DNA from: Macrostomum lignano | Taxonomy: Eukaryota | Reading direction: 5' to 3' | Assembly (NCBI GenBank): GCA_002269645.1 | Contig: NIVC01000700.1 | Coordinates: 216,594 to 280,593 of the forward strand | Length of the DNA: 64,000 nucleotides | In this document: positions 11,530 to 25,089 of the stretch, one piece after another | How positions within the stretch are numbered: the stretch's first letter is position 1 | How the letters are laid out: each line of letters begins with the position of its first letter | Notes under the pieces: model-generated | What the model was told of the DNA's origin: nothing | The model's input: only the letters and a program-made list of their open reading frames with translations | Databases searched by the model: none | Translations under genes and position numbers: made by a program

Positions 11530-13315
11530 TTCACTCTCTCCCTTCATTCTCTCTCTTCATTCCTTCCTCTCATTCTCTCCCTACATTCTCTCTCCATTTT
11601 CTACCTTTATTCTCTCTCTACATTCTCTCTCCATTTTCTACCTTTATTCTCTCTCTACATTCTCTCCCTTCATTCGTTCCTCTCATTCTCTCCCTTCATT
11701 CTCTCCCTTCATTCTCCCTCTCCATCCTTTCCCCTCATTCTCTCCCTTCATTCTCTCCCTTCATCCGTTCCTCTCATTCTCTCCCTTCATTCTCTCCCTT
11801 CATTCTCCCTCTCCATCCTTTCCCTTCATTCTCTCCCTTCATTCTCTCCTTTCATTCTCTCTCTTCACTCTCTCTTCATTCTCTCCCTTCATTCTCTCCC
11901 TTCATCCGTTCCTCTCATTCTCTCCCTTCATCCGTTCCTCTCATTCTCTCCCTTCATTCTCCCTCCATTCTCTACCTTTATTCTCTCCCTTCATTCTTTC
12001 CCTCCTTCCTTTCCCTTTATTCTCTCCCTTCGTCCTCTCCCTTCAGTCTCTCCCTTTATTCATTTTCTTCATTCTCTCCCTTCATTCTCTCCTTTCATTC
12101 TCTCCCTCCATTCTCTCCTTTCATTCTCTCCCTCCATTCTCTCCTTTCATTCTCTCCCTCCATTCTCTCCTTTCATTCTCTCCCTCCATTCTCTCCTTTC
12201 ATTCTCTCCCTCCATTCTCTCCCTTCATTCTCTCCCTCCATTCTCTCCTTTCATTCTCTCCCTTCATTCTCTCCCTCCATTCTCTCCTTTCATTCTCTCC
12301 CTTCATTCTCTCCCTCCATTCTCTCCTTTCATTCTCTCCCTCCATTCTCTCCCTTCATTCTCTCCCTCCATTCTCTCCTTTCATTCTCTCCCTTCATTCT
12401 CTCCCTCCATTCTCTCCTTTCATTCTCTCCCTTCATTCTCTCCCTCCATTCTCTCCTTTCATTCTCTCCCTTCATTCTCTCCCTCCATTCTCTCCTTTCA
12501 TTCTCTCCCTTCATTCTCTCCCTCCATTCTCTCCTTTCATTCTCTCCCTTCATTCTCTCCCTCCATTCTCTCCTTTCATTCTCTCCCTTCATTCTCTCCC
12601 TCCATTCTCTCCTTTCATTCTCTCCCTCCATTCTCTCCCTTCATTCTCTCCCTCCATTCTCTCCTTTCATTCTCTCCCTTCATTCTCTCCCTCCATTCTC
12701 TCCTTTCATTCTCTCCCTTCATTCTCTCCCTCCATTCTCTCCTTTCATTCTCTCCCTTCATTCTCTCCCTCCATTCTCTCCTTTCATTCTCTCCCTTCAT
12801 TCTCTCCCTTCATTCTCTCCTTTCATTCTCTCCCTTCATTCTCTCCCTCCATTCTCTCCTTTCATTCTCTCCCTCCATTCTCTCCCTTCATTCTCTCCCT
12901 TCATTCTCTCCTTTCATTCTCTCCCTTCATTCTCTCCCTTCATTCTCTCCTTTCATTCTCTCCCTTCATTCTCTCCCTTCATTCTCTCCTTTCATTCTCT
13001 CCCTTCATTCTCTCCCTTCATTCTCTCCCTTCATTCTCTCCCTCCATTCTCTCCTTTCATTCTCTCCCTCCATTCTCTCCCTTCATTCTCTCCCTTCATT
13101 CTCTCCCTTCATTCTCTCCCTTCATTCTCTCCTTTCATTCTCTCCCTTCATTCTCTCCCTCCATTCTCTCCTTTCATTCTCTCCCTCCATTCTCTCCCTT
13201 CATTCTCTCCCTTCATTCTCTCCTTTCATTCTCTCCCTTCATTCTCTCCCTCCATTCTCTCCCTTCATTCTCTCCCTTCATTCTCTCCTTTCATTCTCTC
13301 CCTCCATTCTCTCCT
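11530..13315. repeat. 13-bp pyrimidine minisatellite (CATTCTCTCCCTT/CTC)
   Basis: About 1.8 kb of tandem units; degenerate at left, regular 39-bp higher order at right. Confidence 0.95.
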
Positions 13316-13369
13316 CTCATTTCCTTTCTTATTCTCTTATTACTCGGGAATTTGCAACCCGTGACTCAC

Positions 13370-13550
13370 GGACGCATTGCTCGCCAGTCCCAAACCTCTC
13401 ACCGTGTCCCCTGTCAGCTCCATAGCGGCCGTGAGGCATCTGCGGCTCAAACTCGGTGGCTGGCTCGGTGCCAGCGCAGTGAAGCTGCTCCTTCCACTTG
13501 GACTGCAGTCTGGAGTCCGACTTGCGACCCAGGCCCAGCCGCCTGAAGCT
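13370..13550 (-). CDS. Candidate further upstream exon of the RasGAP gene
   Basis: Open frame SFRRLGLGRKSDSRLQSKWKEQLHC...GEQCV ends at C|GTGAGT (phase 1, compatible with the 7969 acceptor). No recognised motif. Confidence 0.35.
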
Positions 13551-14197
13551 CTTTGACATTTGAGAAAATAACGCTAAATTTCTGCTTTCAGAAGCAAACT
13601 GTAGCAGCCGGTGGCCTGTTGGTGTCTCCACACAACGGCAGGTTTGAGATGAGATGGGATGAGTCAGCCAGGCACAATGGGAGGCTGTGTCAGCGGGATG
13701 ATTTGACAGCTTCTGTCAATCAACTTGACCGCGCAGACTTTGACTTGCTCTACCGCGATGCTGATGGCTTCAATCTTCTGCTGCTGCTCAAAGCCACTGA
13801 CAACTATAGCTGACAGACTGACTTCTTTTTTAACTGTGCCGCCTGCGCCTGTCTCTAACACAGTATCTCTTTTCCAACTGTGTGCCAAGCCCGCAGTTGC
13901 CACGCGTGTTCTAATTTATGCCCCGAGTAAGTAGGCGGCACCGCATATGGCCTGCAGTGTCTCCCTGCGGCCCCTTCAAGATTCATGCGCCTCCAGACTG
14001 CCGGCCAGCCCCTCAATTGTACACCGGCAATTAGGCTGCCTCACCTCCGTTTATGCAGAGAAGGGGGGGGAGGGTTGGAGAGGCGGGTCGAATCCAGAAA
14101 AAGCATGAGACACACCAAGCTGAACCAGGGAGTCCTGGACAGAGTATCTGGACTGGCAGCCGACTGGTGGCTTGTTTTACTGTCACTTTCACAAGCT

Positions 14198-14198
14198 C

Positions 14199-14265
<67 letters not shown>
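14198..14265. repeat. (AAT)n trinucleotide
   Basis: About 22 perfect copies. Confidence 0.95.
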
Positions 14266-14266
<1 letters not shown>

Positions 14267-14989
14267 GAAAAAATCATAATGACAATAATAATTATAAATT
14301 TAATACTAATAATAATGAGGCAGCGCTGACGGCAACTCTGCCCATTCCGCTGACTGCTGAGCACATGCAAGCGCGTCAATACTGACTCATGCACACGCTC
14401 ACCCAGGGTGTACAGTCTGGCTCTGACTTTCTAATCGTCAGGCACACAAGCCCCAAATGAATGTGGAATCGAACCAGGGATGTAGCGGGAGAGTCAGAAG
14501 TTCTCCCAAGCATCAGAGGCATGCAATAAACGGTTAACAGGGCTTATCGTGTGCGGTGTTTTCCAATCCAGATTGCTAAACCATGGTGTCCCTGGCGGAG
14601 CCCTCAGGGGGCAGTCTCGAGCGGCAAACTTCACTATCAGCTACAGGGAGGAGGGGCGGCCGTTGAGGGGGGGGGGGCGGTGTCAGATACAGTGCAAAAT
14701 ACCCCGAGATTAGTCTGACGCCATGGCAAAGAAGAATCTCTTCTCTTTCCTTCTTTCGGTGCTTCTTTATGCTTGTCTTGTGGTTTTTTTTATTCTCAAC
14801 AGAGCGGTTAAGCCCGCAGTGCTTTGGCTGAGCACAGTTAGTGAGTCATTTCAGACCCCATAACAATTGTACTGCTCTGAGATGGAGGCTACTCAATTTG
14901 CTCATTATTTTGCAACTTCTGCCAACTGGAATTGCCAACTGGCTTTGTTAGACTTAGGTACACAATCTGCCTGACGGGTACACGATTTG

Positions 14990-15640
14990 GCTGACAGCTA
15001 CACTATCTGTCTAACAGGTACACTATCTGTCTAACAGGTACACTATATGTCTAACAGTTACACTATATGTCTAACAGGTACATTATCTGTCTAACAGGTA
15101 CACTATCTGTCTAACAGGTACACTATCTGTCTGACAGCTACACTATCTGTCTGACGGGTACACGATTTGTCTAACAGGTACACTATCTGTCTAACAGGTA
15201 CACTATCTGTCTAACAGGCACACTATCTGTCTAACAGGTACATTATCTGTCTAACAGGTACAGGTACACTATCTGTCTAACAGGTACAGGTACACTATCT
15301 GTCAAACAGGTACACTATCTGTCTAACAGGTACAGGTACACTATCTGTCTAACAGGTACAGGTACACTATCTGTCAAACAGGTACACTATCTGTCTAACA
15401 GGTACAGGTACACTATCTGTCTAACAGGTACAGGTACACTATCTGTCAAACAGGTACACTATCTGTCTAACAGGTACACTATCTGTCTAACAGGTACACT
15501 ATCTGTCTAACAGGTACAGGTACACTATCTGTCAAACAGGTACACTATCTGTCAAACAGGTACACTATCTGTCTAACAGGTACAGGTACACTATCTGTCA
15601 AACAGGTACACTATCTGTCTAACAGGTACACTATCTGTCT
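14990..15640. repeat. 20-bp minisatellite ACACTATCTGTCTAACAGGT (26-bp variant with extra ACAGGT)
   Basis: Visible tandem units. Confidence 0.95.
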
Positions 15641-16169
15641 AACATGCATAATTTTCAATATTTTTAAATGGTACAAGATAAGTTGAGTTTCTGGATGAAA
15701 ATTGCATTCAACTTTCTAATAAAAACTGCACCAAACCAACTGCTTTAAGTTAAGTAGAAATGTTCTACTTCAAGTAGCGTTTGAAGGTTTTTGTCCCTAT
15801 TTTCGATGAAATTTATAGCTAGGGGTAAACACTCGTGTGATGATTCTGAAAAGAAAGTTCATTTTAACAAAAGTAGCAATGGACTTTTTCGTCTTGAACT
15901 TAATTGTCTTCAAGCCTTGCTCTCAACTTTCATTAATCAAAGCCAGTTCCTCTGATATTTGTTCCTGTGAAACTGAGTAAAGATGCTTTAGTAATTAATT
16001 TTCTAGCACAGCTCATCGAGAGCTGCTAAGCGAATTGGAAATTAGTTCTCCGACTCAAAACAATAAAGTGGCCGACAATCGATGGGCCTTGACTGGCCCA
16101 GCAAGGAGCGGCTGCTTCATCAATATGCATAAAGAGAACTGCAATGCTGCCAGCTACACTTTTCCCTCC

Positions 16170-17690
16170 CCCCTCTGCCTCCTCTGCTTTCTCTGTCTCC
16201 TTCTCTGCCTCCTCTGCCTCCTTCTCTGCCTCCTCTACCTCCTTCTCTGCCTCCTCTACCTCCTTCTCTGCCTCCTCTGCCTCCTTCTCTGCCTCCTCTG
16301 CCTGCTTCTCTGCCTCTTCTGCCTCCTTCTCTGCCTCCTCTGCCTCCTTCTCTGCCTCCTCTACCTCCTTCTCTGCCTCCTCTACCTCCTTCTCTGCCTC
16401 CTCTACCTCCTTCTCTGCCTCCTCTGCCTCCTTCTCTGCCTCCTCTGCCTCCTTCTCTGCCTCCTCTGCCTGCTTCTCTGCCTCTTCTGCCTCCTTCTCT
16501 GCCTCCTCTGCCTCCTTCTCTGCCTCCTCTGCCTCCTTCTCTGCCTCCTTCTCTGCCTCCTTCTCTGCCTCCTTCTCTGCCTCCTTCTCTGCCTCCTTCT
16601 CTGCCTCCTTCTCTGCCTCCTTCTCTGCCTCCTTCTCTGCCTCCTTCTCTGCCTCCTTCTCTGCCTCCTTCTCTGCCTCCTTCTCTGCCTCCTTCTCTGC
16701 CTCCTTCTCTGCCTCCTCTGCCTCCTTCTCTGCCTCTTCTGCCTCCTTCTCTGCCTCCTTCTCTGCCTCCTTCTCTGCCTCCTTCTCTGCCTCCTTCTCT
16801 GCCTCCTTCTCTGCCTCCTCTGCCTCCTTCTATGCCTCCTCTGCCTCCTTCTCTGCCTCCTCTGCCTCCTTCTCTGCCTCCTCTGCCTCCTTCTCTGCCT
16901 CCTTCTCTGCCTCCTTCTCTGCCTCCTCTGCCTCCTTCTCTGCCTCCTCTGCCTCCTTATCTGCCTCCTTCTCTGCCTCCTTCTCTGCCTCCTTCTCTGC
17001 CTCCTTCTCTGCCTCCTCTGCCTCCTTCTCTGCCTCCTCTGCCTCCTTCTCTGCCTCCACTGCCTCCTTCTCTGCCTCCTCTGCCTCCTTCTCTGCCTCC
17101 TCTGCCTCCTTCTCTGCCTCCTTCTCTGCCTCCTTCTCTGCCTCCTCTGCCTCCTTCTCTGCCTCCTTCTCTGCCTCCTTCTCTGCCTCCTTCTCTGCCT
17201 CCTTCTCTGTTTCCTTCTCTGCCTCCTTCTCTGCCTCCTTCTCTGCCTCCTTCTCTGCCTCCTTCTCTGCCTTCTTCTCCGCCTTCTTCTCCGCCTTCTT
17301 CTCTGCCTCCTTCTCTGCCTCCTTCTCTGCCTCCTTCTCTGCCTCCTTCTCTGCCTCCTCTGCCTTCTCTGCCTCCTTCTCTGCCTCCTTCTCTGCCTCC
17401 TTCTCTGCCTCCTTCTTTGCCTCCTTCTCTGCCTTCTTCTCTGCCTCCTTCTCTGCCTCCTCTGCCTCCTTCTCTGCCTCCTTCTCTGCCTCCTTCTCTG
17501 CCTCCTTCTCTGCCCCCTTCTCTGCCTCCTTCTCTGCCCCCTTCTCTGCCTCCTTCTCTGCCCCCTTCTCTGCCTCCTTCTCTGCCTCCTTCTCTGCCTC
17601 CTTCTCTACCTCCTTCTCTGCCTCCTTCTCTGCCTCCTTCTCTTGCCTCCTTCTCTGCCTCCTTCTCTGCCTCCTTCTCTGCCTCCCCTC
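16170..17690. repeat. 12/9-bp minisatellite CTCTGCCTCCTT / CTCTGCCTC
   Basis: About 1.5 kb; the minus strand reads EKEA/EEA repeats with a TAG at ~16830. Confidence 0.95.
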
Positions 17691-18259
17691 CGATTCCTTG
17701 CTGGCCATATGAATGGATTATCGATTTTCACTTTTATAATTTCAGTCAATAATCAATCAATATTTTCCCGAGTTTCTGTGTGCCCCCATCCCAGTCAGTC
17801 TCATTTAACAGCACATCTATTGCAGATTCGTTCGGCCATGTTGGGGGCAGCAACTGAGAACTTGAAAGCATCTCGCAGCAATGCCCCCAGATCATGCACG
17901 GCCCGCAGCAGGCACAGGAGGCGTTGCAGTGCTGCACTGCAGCCCAGGCATTGGTATGGGCGCAGTCTGAAACTCTGGTCTGTTTGCTTAGGGCCAACAA
18001 AGTCGAGCCCGAGCTGCTAGTGGCCGCGCGAGGACACAAAGCATTTCCCGTCTTAAACTGGCATGGCGCGGTTTGTTTTGTCAGAACGCGCGCTAGACAA
18101 GAGAGACTGGCTGTCTGGGGGTCTCTGAGCTCAACATTTGTACAGGATAGTTTATAGGCCTCTATATTACATGTCTGACTTTTCATTGCATTCAAGTATT
18201 TTGGCTAGTTTTACTTTGCAATTTTAATTGATCATCTTGTACCCTTCCTATCTTGTCTC

Positions 18260-21200
18260 CCTCTCCTCTCAGTGTCTCCCCCTCTCTCAGTGTCTCCCCC
18301 TCTCTCAGTGTCTCCCTCTCTCTCAGTTTCTCCCTCTCCTCTCAGTGTCTCCCTCTCCTCTCAGTGTCTCCCTCTCCTCTCAGTATCTCCCTCTCCTCTC
18401 AGTGTCTCCCTCTCCTCTCAGTGTCTCCCTCTCCTCTCAGTGTCTCCATCTCTCTCAGTGTGTCCCTCTCTAAGTGTCTCCCTGTCTCAGTGTCTCCCCC
18501 TCAGTGTCTCCTTCTCTCTCAGTGTCTTCCTCTCTCTCAGTGTCTTCCTCTCTCTCTCTCAGTGTCTCCCTCTCTCTCAGTGTCTCCCCCTCTCTCAGTG
18601 TCACCCTCTCCTCTCAGTGTCTCCCTCTCCTCTCAGTGTCTCCCTCTCCTCTCAGTGTCTCCCTGTCTCAGTGTCTCCCCCTCAGTGTCTCCTTCTCTCT
18701 CAGTGTCTTCCTCTCTCTCAGTGTCTTCCTCTCTCTCTCTCAGTGTCTCCCTCTCTCTCAGTGTCTCCCCCTCTCTCAGTGTCACCCTCTCCTCTCAGTG
18801 TCTCCCTCTCCTCTCAGTGTCTCCCTCTCCTCTCAGTGTCTCCCTCTCCTCTCAGTGTCTCCCTCTCCTCTCAGTGTCTCCCTCTCTCTCAGTGTCTCCC
18901 TCTCCTCTCAGTGTCTCCCTCTCCTCTCAGTGTCTCCCTCTCTCTCAGTGTCTCCATCTCTCTCAGTGTCTCTTTCTCTCTCAGTGTCTCTCTCTCTCTC
19001 TCAGTGTCTCCCTCTCCTCTCAGCGTCTCTCAGTGTCTCCCTCTCTCTCAGTGTCTCCCTCTCTCTCAGTGTCTCTTTCTCTCTCAGTGTCTCTTTCTCT
19101 CTCAGTGTCTCTCTCTCTCTCAGTGTCTCTTTCTCTCTCAGTGTCTCTTTCTCTCTCAGTGTCTCCCTCTCCTCTCAGCGTCTCTCAGTGTCTCTCTCTC
19201 TCTCTCAGTGTCTCTCTCTCTCTCAGTGTCTCTCTCTCTCAGTGTCTCCCTCTCCTTTCAGTGTCTCCCCCTCTCTCAGTGTCTCTTTCTCTCTCAGTGT
19301 CTCTCTCTCTCTCAGTGTCTCTTTCTCTCTCAGTGTCTCCCTCTCCTCTCAGCGTCTCTCAGTGTCTCTCTCTCTCTCTCTCTCAGTGTCTCCCTCTCTC
19401 TCAGTGTCTCCATCTCTCTCAGTGTCTCTTTCTCTCTCAGTGTCTCTCTCTCTCTCTCTCTCAGTGTCTCCCTCTCCTCTCAGCGTCTCTCAGTGTCTCT
19501 CTCTCTCCCTCTCAGTGTCTCTCTCTCTCTCAGTGTCTCCCTCTCTCTCAGTGTCTCCCTCTCTCTCAGTGTCTCCCTCTCTCTCAGTGTCTCTTTCTCT
19601 CTCAGTGTCTCTTTCTCTCTCAGTGTCTCTCTCTCTCTCAGTGTCTCTTTCTCTCTCAGTGTCTCTTTCTCTCTCAGTGTCTCCCTCTCCTCTCAGCGTC
19701 TCTCAGTGTCTCTCTCTCTCTCTCTCAGTGTCTTTCTCTCTCTCAGTGTCTCTCTCTCTCAGTGTCTCCCTCTCCTTTCAGTGTCTCCCCCTCTCTCAGT
19801 GTCTCTTTCTCTCTCAGTGTCTCTCTCTCTCTCAGTGTCTCTTTCTCTCTCAGTGTCTCCCTCTCCTCTCAGCGTCTCTCAGTGTCTCTCTCTCTCTCTC
19901 TCTCTCAGTGTCTCCCTCTCTCTCAGTGTCTCCCTCTCTCTCAGTGTCTCCATCTCTCTCAGTGTCTCTTTCTCTCTCAGTGTCTCTCTCTCTCTCTCAG
20001 TGTCTCCCTCTCCTCTCAGCGTCTCTCAGTGTCTCTCTCTCTCTCTCTCAGTGTCTCTCTCTCCCTCTCAGTGTCTCCCTCTCCTCTCAGTGTCTCCCCC
20101 TCTCTCAGTGTCTCCCCCTCTCTCAGTGTCTCCCTCTCTCTCAGTTTCTCCCTCTCCTCTCAGTGTCTCCCTCTCCTCTCAGTGTCTCCCTCTCCTCTCA
20201 GTATCTCCCTCTCCTCTCAGTGTCTCCCTCTCCTCTCAGTGTCTCCCTCTCCTCTCAGTGTCTCCATCTCTCTCAGTGTGTCCCTCTCTAAGTGTCTCCC
20301 TGTCTCAGTGTCTCCCCCTCAGTGTCTCCTTCTCTCTCAGTGTCTTCCTCTCTCTCAGTGTCTTCCTCTCTCTCTCTCAGTGTCTCCCTCTCTCTCAGTG
20401 TCTCCCCCTCTCTCAGTGTCACCCTCTCCTCTCAGTGTCTCCCTCTCCTCTCAGTGTCTCCCTCTCCTCTCAGTGTCTCCCTCTCCTCTCAGTGTCTCCC
20501 TCTCTCTCAGTGTCTCCCTCTCCTCTCAGTGTCTCCCTCTCCTCTCAGTGTCTCCCTCTCTCTCAGTGTCTCCATCTCTCTCAGTGTCTCTTTCTCTCTC
20601 AGTGTCTCTCTCTCTCTCTCAGTGTCTCCCTCTCCTCTCAGCGTCTCTCAGTGTCTCTCTCTCTCTCTCAGTGTCTCTCTCTCTCTCTCTCAGTGTCTCT
20701 CTCTCTCTCTCTCAGTGTCTCTTTCTCTCTCAGTGTCTCTTTCTCTCTCAGTGTCTCTTTCTCTCTCAGTGTCTCTCTCTCTCTCAGTGTCTCCCTCTCC
20801 TCTCAGTGTCTCCCTCTCTCTCAGTGTCTCCCTCTCTCTCAGTGTCTCTCTCTCTCTCTCAGTGTCTCTCTCTCTCTCAGTGTCTCTTTCTCTCTCAGTG
20901 TCTCTCTCTCTCTCAGTGTCTCCCTCTCTCTCAGTGTCTCCCTCTCTCTCAGTGTCTCCCTCTCTCTCAGTGTCTCCCTCTCTCTCAGTGTCTCTTTCTC
21001 TCTCAGTGTCTCTTTCTCTCTCAGTGTCTCCCTCTCCTCTCAGTGTCTCCCTCTCTCTCAGTGTCTCGTTCTCTCTCAGTGTCTCTCTCTCTCTCAGTGT
21101 CTCCCTCTCTCTCAGTGTCTCCCTCTATCTCAGTGTCTCCATCTCTCTCAGTGTCTCTTTCTCTCTCAGTGTCTCTCTCTCTCTCTCAGTGTCTCCCTCT

Positions 21201-21830
21201 CCTCTCAGCGTCTCTCAGTGTCTCTCTCTCTCTCTCAGTGTCTCTCTCTCCCTCTCAGTGTCTCTCTCTCTCTCAGTGTCTCCCTCTCTCTCAGTGTCTC
21301 CCTCTCTCTCAGTGTCTCCCTCTCTCTCAGTGTCTCTTTCTCTCTCAGTGTCTCTTTCTCTCTCAGTGTCTCTCTCTCTCTCAGTGTCTCTTTCTCTCTC
21401 AGTGTCTCTTTCTCTCTCAGTGTCTCCCTCTCCTCTCAGCGTCTCTCAGTGTCTCTCTCTCTCTCTCTCAGTGTCTCTCTCTCTCAGTGTCTCTCTCTCT
21501 CAGTGTCTCCCTCTCCTTTCAGTGTCTCCCCCTCTCTCAGTGTCTCTTTCTCTCTCAGTGTCTCTCTCTCTCTCAGTGTCTCTTTCTCTCTCAGTGTCTC
21601 CCTCTCCTCTCAGCGTCTCTCAGTGTCTCTCTCTCTCTCTCAGTGTCTCCCTCTCTCTCAGTGTCTCCCTCTTTCTGTGTCTCCCACTCAGTGTCTCCCA
21701 CTCAGTGTCTCCCACTCAGTGTCTCCCACTCAGTGCCTCCCACTCAGTGTCTCCCCCTCAGTCTCTCCCCCTCAGTGTCTCCCCCTCAGAGTGTCCCCCT
21801 CAGTGTCTTCCCCTCAGTGTCTCCCCTCTC
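18260..21830. repeat. CAGTGTCTC(CT)n minisatellite, ~3.6 kb, with internal higher-order duplication
   Basis: Core CTCTCAGTGTCTC. The same variant string (cagtttctcc...cagtatctcc...taagtgtctccctgtc) occurs at ~18325 and ~20143, offset 1818 bp. Confidence 0.95.
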
Positions 21831-22529
21831 TCCTTGTCTCACACTCAATCTTCAATCGCTACATCCCAAGCCCACAGCTCAATCATGAAAATTTGCAACT
21901 ATAGAGCGCAGCCTACCTAACCAAGGTGAGACAATGGTTAGCCAGCCAAGTCGATAAGAATGCAAGAATCGCTGAGGCAGGGAAGACTGCAGGCGTGACA
22001 GAAAATGGTGGAGGAAATGCAGTTCTGCCGCCAACCCTCGGTCGGGCAAGCATGACTCACCCCAGAAGCAGGTTTCGCTCTGCTTTTAGTTTAGTGAAGT
22101 GAGTTACCTGGCCGCTGAACTTCAGTCAGAGAAGCGGGATTTCCCTCCCCCTATTGCCCTGGGAATCCGGTGAGGTACCCCTCTACCCCTCCTATTTGGC
22201 ACGTCTCATGTCCTCCCAGCCTCAGCTTGAGCACTCAAGTGGACTGCCGCGGACCCAAATTGAGACGAGTTGGATGAAATTCTAAGGAAGGAAGGGGATC
22301 GGGACTGCCTTGGCTCTCACCCGGAGATCATCTGCAAATAGGGCAGAGTAGCTGTGATACATCTGCTACTCATCTGAGCTCTCCTGCCCGACTAGGACTT
22401 GAGAGCTGTCTCAGATGGGCATGAATTATTTCAATTTACCTGCTCTACTCTGGGGTAGGGTCTGCCGGGAAAGTTCTGAGTGACACTCAATGTGAATAAG
22501 CAGATTAATTACAATGAGAAGGAGACAGT

Positions 22530-23500
22530 GAGACAGGAGACAATGAAAGGGGGAGACAATGAGAGGGGAGACAATGAGAGGGGAGACAATGAGAGGGGAG
22601 ACAATGAGAGGGGAGACAATGAGAGGGGGAGACAATGAGAGTGGAGATAATAAGAGGGGAGACAGTGAGAGGGGAGACAATGAGAGGGGAGACAATAAGA
22701 GGGGAGACAATGAGAGGGGAGACAATGAGAGTGGAGATAATAAGAGGGGAGACAGTGAGAGGGGAGACAATGAGAGGGGAGACAATGAGAGGGGAGACAA
22801 TGAGAGGGGAGACAATGAGAGGGGAGACAATGAGAGGGGAGACAATGAGAGGGGAGACAATGAGAGGGGAGACAATGAGAGGAGAGACAATGAGAGGGGA
22901 GACAATGAGAGGAGAGACAATGAGAGGGGAGACAATGAGAGGGGAGACAATGAGAGGGAGACAATGAGAGGGAGATACTGAGAGAGTGAGACAATGAGCG
23001 AGGGAAACACTGAGAGAGAGAGACAATGAGAGGGAGACAATGAGAGGGATACAATGAGAGGGAGATACTGAGAGAGTGAGACAATGAGCGAGGGAAACAC
23101 TGAGAGAGAGAGACAATGAGAGGGAGACAATGAGAGGGAGGGAGATACTGAGAGGGAGACACTGAGAGATTGAGGCACTGAACGAGGGAAACACTGAGAG
23201 AGGGAAACACTGGGAGAGGGAGACAATAAGAGGGAGATACTGAGAACAAGACAATGAGAGGGAGACATTGAGAGGGAGACAATGAGAGGGAGACAATGAG
23301 AGGGAGACAATGAGAGGGAGACAATGAGAGGGAGACAATGAGAGGGAGACAATGAGAGGGAGACAATGATAGGGAGACAATGAGAGGGAGACAATGAGAG
23401 GGAGACAATGAGAGGGAGACAATGAGAGGGAGACAATGAGAGGGAGACAATGAGAGGGAGACAATGAGAGGGAGACAATGAGAGGGAGACAATGAGAGGG
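22530..23500. repeat. 14/15-bp minisatellite GAGACAATGAGAGGG(G)
   Basis: Visible tandem units. Confidence 0.95.
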
Positions 23501-24164
23501 AGGTCATGCGAGCGAAAGCAATTCCCAAAAACAGTATCAGAAAAACAATTTGCGAAATGTGCGAAGATTTCTTACAAGGGAAGCTGGGGCTTCGGTTTTA
23601 AGCGCAGATCGGTGATCAGGGGTCGGGGGTTCATTTCGAAAAAGAATCGGCTAAGATCTGCTTTTAACGGGTGTAGGTGGCTCAGAACCGCGCCCGGAAT
23701 CAGTTCGACATGAAAAACCTGAAGTGAAAGGAAGTCGGTCGGTATGGGGATGAAAAGGAGAGGAGGAGAGGGGAACTGGGAGAACGGGAAAGAGCCGATC
23801 CCCCACCTGTTCCGTGTGCCAACGAAGCCGGGCTTAAACCCCCTCTGCCTGTCTCTCACACTCAATTCATTCGCTCTGTTCCGCTCTGACTACAAGCACA
23901 ACCCCCTTTGCCCTGATATGGGTATTAGTCAGGGGGATTAGGGCTACACATGGGTTTCTATACTTCTAGACAATGCTTTTTAGAAACTGCATATGGACAA
24001 AAATGGTCAGATTAAAAAAATGTCTGCTTCAGATTGGGTGAATTTTTATATTGTATTTTTGTTAATATTAATAAACTGTCAACACCGACTGCTAAAATTT
24101 TAATAGATATTTTCTTTTATTTCCTCTCAGCTTAAAAACGAAAAATACAAAAAGGTGTAGACAA

Positions 24165-24540
24165 GGAGATAGACAGGGGGTAGACAAAAGGGTAGACAAA
24201 TAGGGTAGACAGAAGCGTAGACAAAAGGGTAGACAAAAGGGTAGCCAAAAGGGTAGACAGAAGCGTAGACAAAAGGGTAGACAAAAGGGTAGCCAAATGG
24301 GGTAGACAAAAGGGTAGACAAAAGGGCAGACAAAAGGGTAGCCAAAAGGGTAGCCAAATGGGGTAGACAAAAGGGTAGACAAAATGGTAGACAAAAGCGT
24401 AGACAAAAGGGTAGCCAAATGGGGTAGACAAAAGGGTAGAAAAAATGTTAGACAAAAGGGTAGACAAAATGTTAGACAAAAGGGTAGACAAAAGGGTAGA
24501 CAAAAGGGTAGAAAAAAGGTTAGAAAAAAGGGTAGCCAAA
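24165..24540. repeat. 12-bp minisatellite GTAGACAAAAGG
   Basis: Visible degenerate tandem units. Confidence 0.9.
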
Positions 24541-25089
24541 TGCATGGGGTTGACAAGGTAAATGGAGTGATTGGCAGATAATGCAGAGCCATACATGGCG
24601 ATTTTCCCTAGGCCAGATATTTGTATCAAAGGTCTCCATGGATTGGACCTGAGGATCGGGGGGGGGGGGGGGGGGGTCAGGTTGACTGGGGGGATCCAGC
24701 GCTGCAAATTCTCCAACTAAGGCAGGAGTGAATTCACCCAGTTCATATTCAGAGGGGTTAGGAGATGGGCCGGCAGGCAGGTTAGCGGGCGGAAATTCTG
24801 GCCAGGGTAAAAAATCGTAGTTGGGAGAAAATTCGACAGGATGAAGGGGAGCGGTGGTGGTGGAGTCTGCGGCTCGGCACCTGCGCTAATCAGCCGGGTC
24901 GCGGTGTCCGGGGGGCTGGGGAATCTTCCCCTTTTTCGCCTCCTTCGGCCCTCCAGCCTGGTTCATACACGATGCGCCTGGTTCTTTTTTGTAATTAAGA
25001 CGCGGCGAAAAAATACGGCTGAATAATGACCGGCTACTGCAGCCCCAACAGCTGATATGGGGACTTGATGGGTCGGGAGTGCTGCTGGG

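Noticed and set aside
22106-22260. Exon candidate with donor CAG|GTAACT between the inverted arrays
   Set aside because: All three frames from the nearest acceptor hit stops; it could only be a UTR or non-coding exon.
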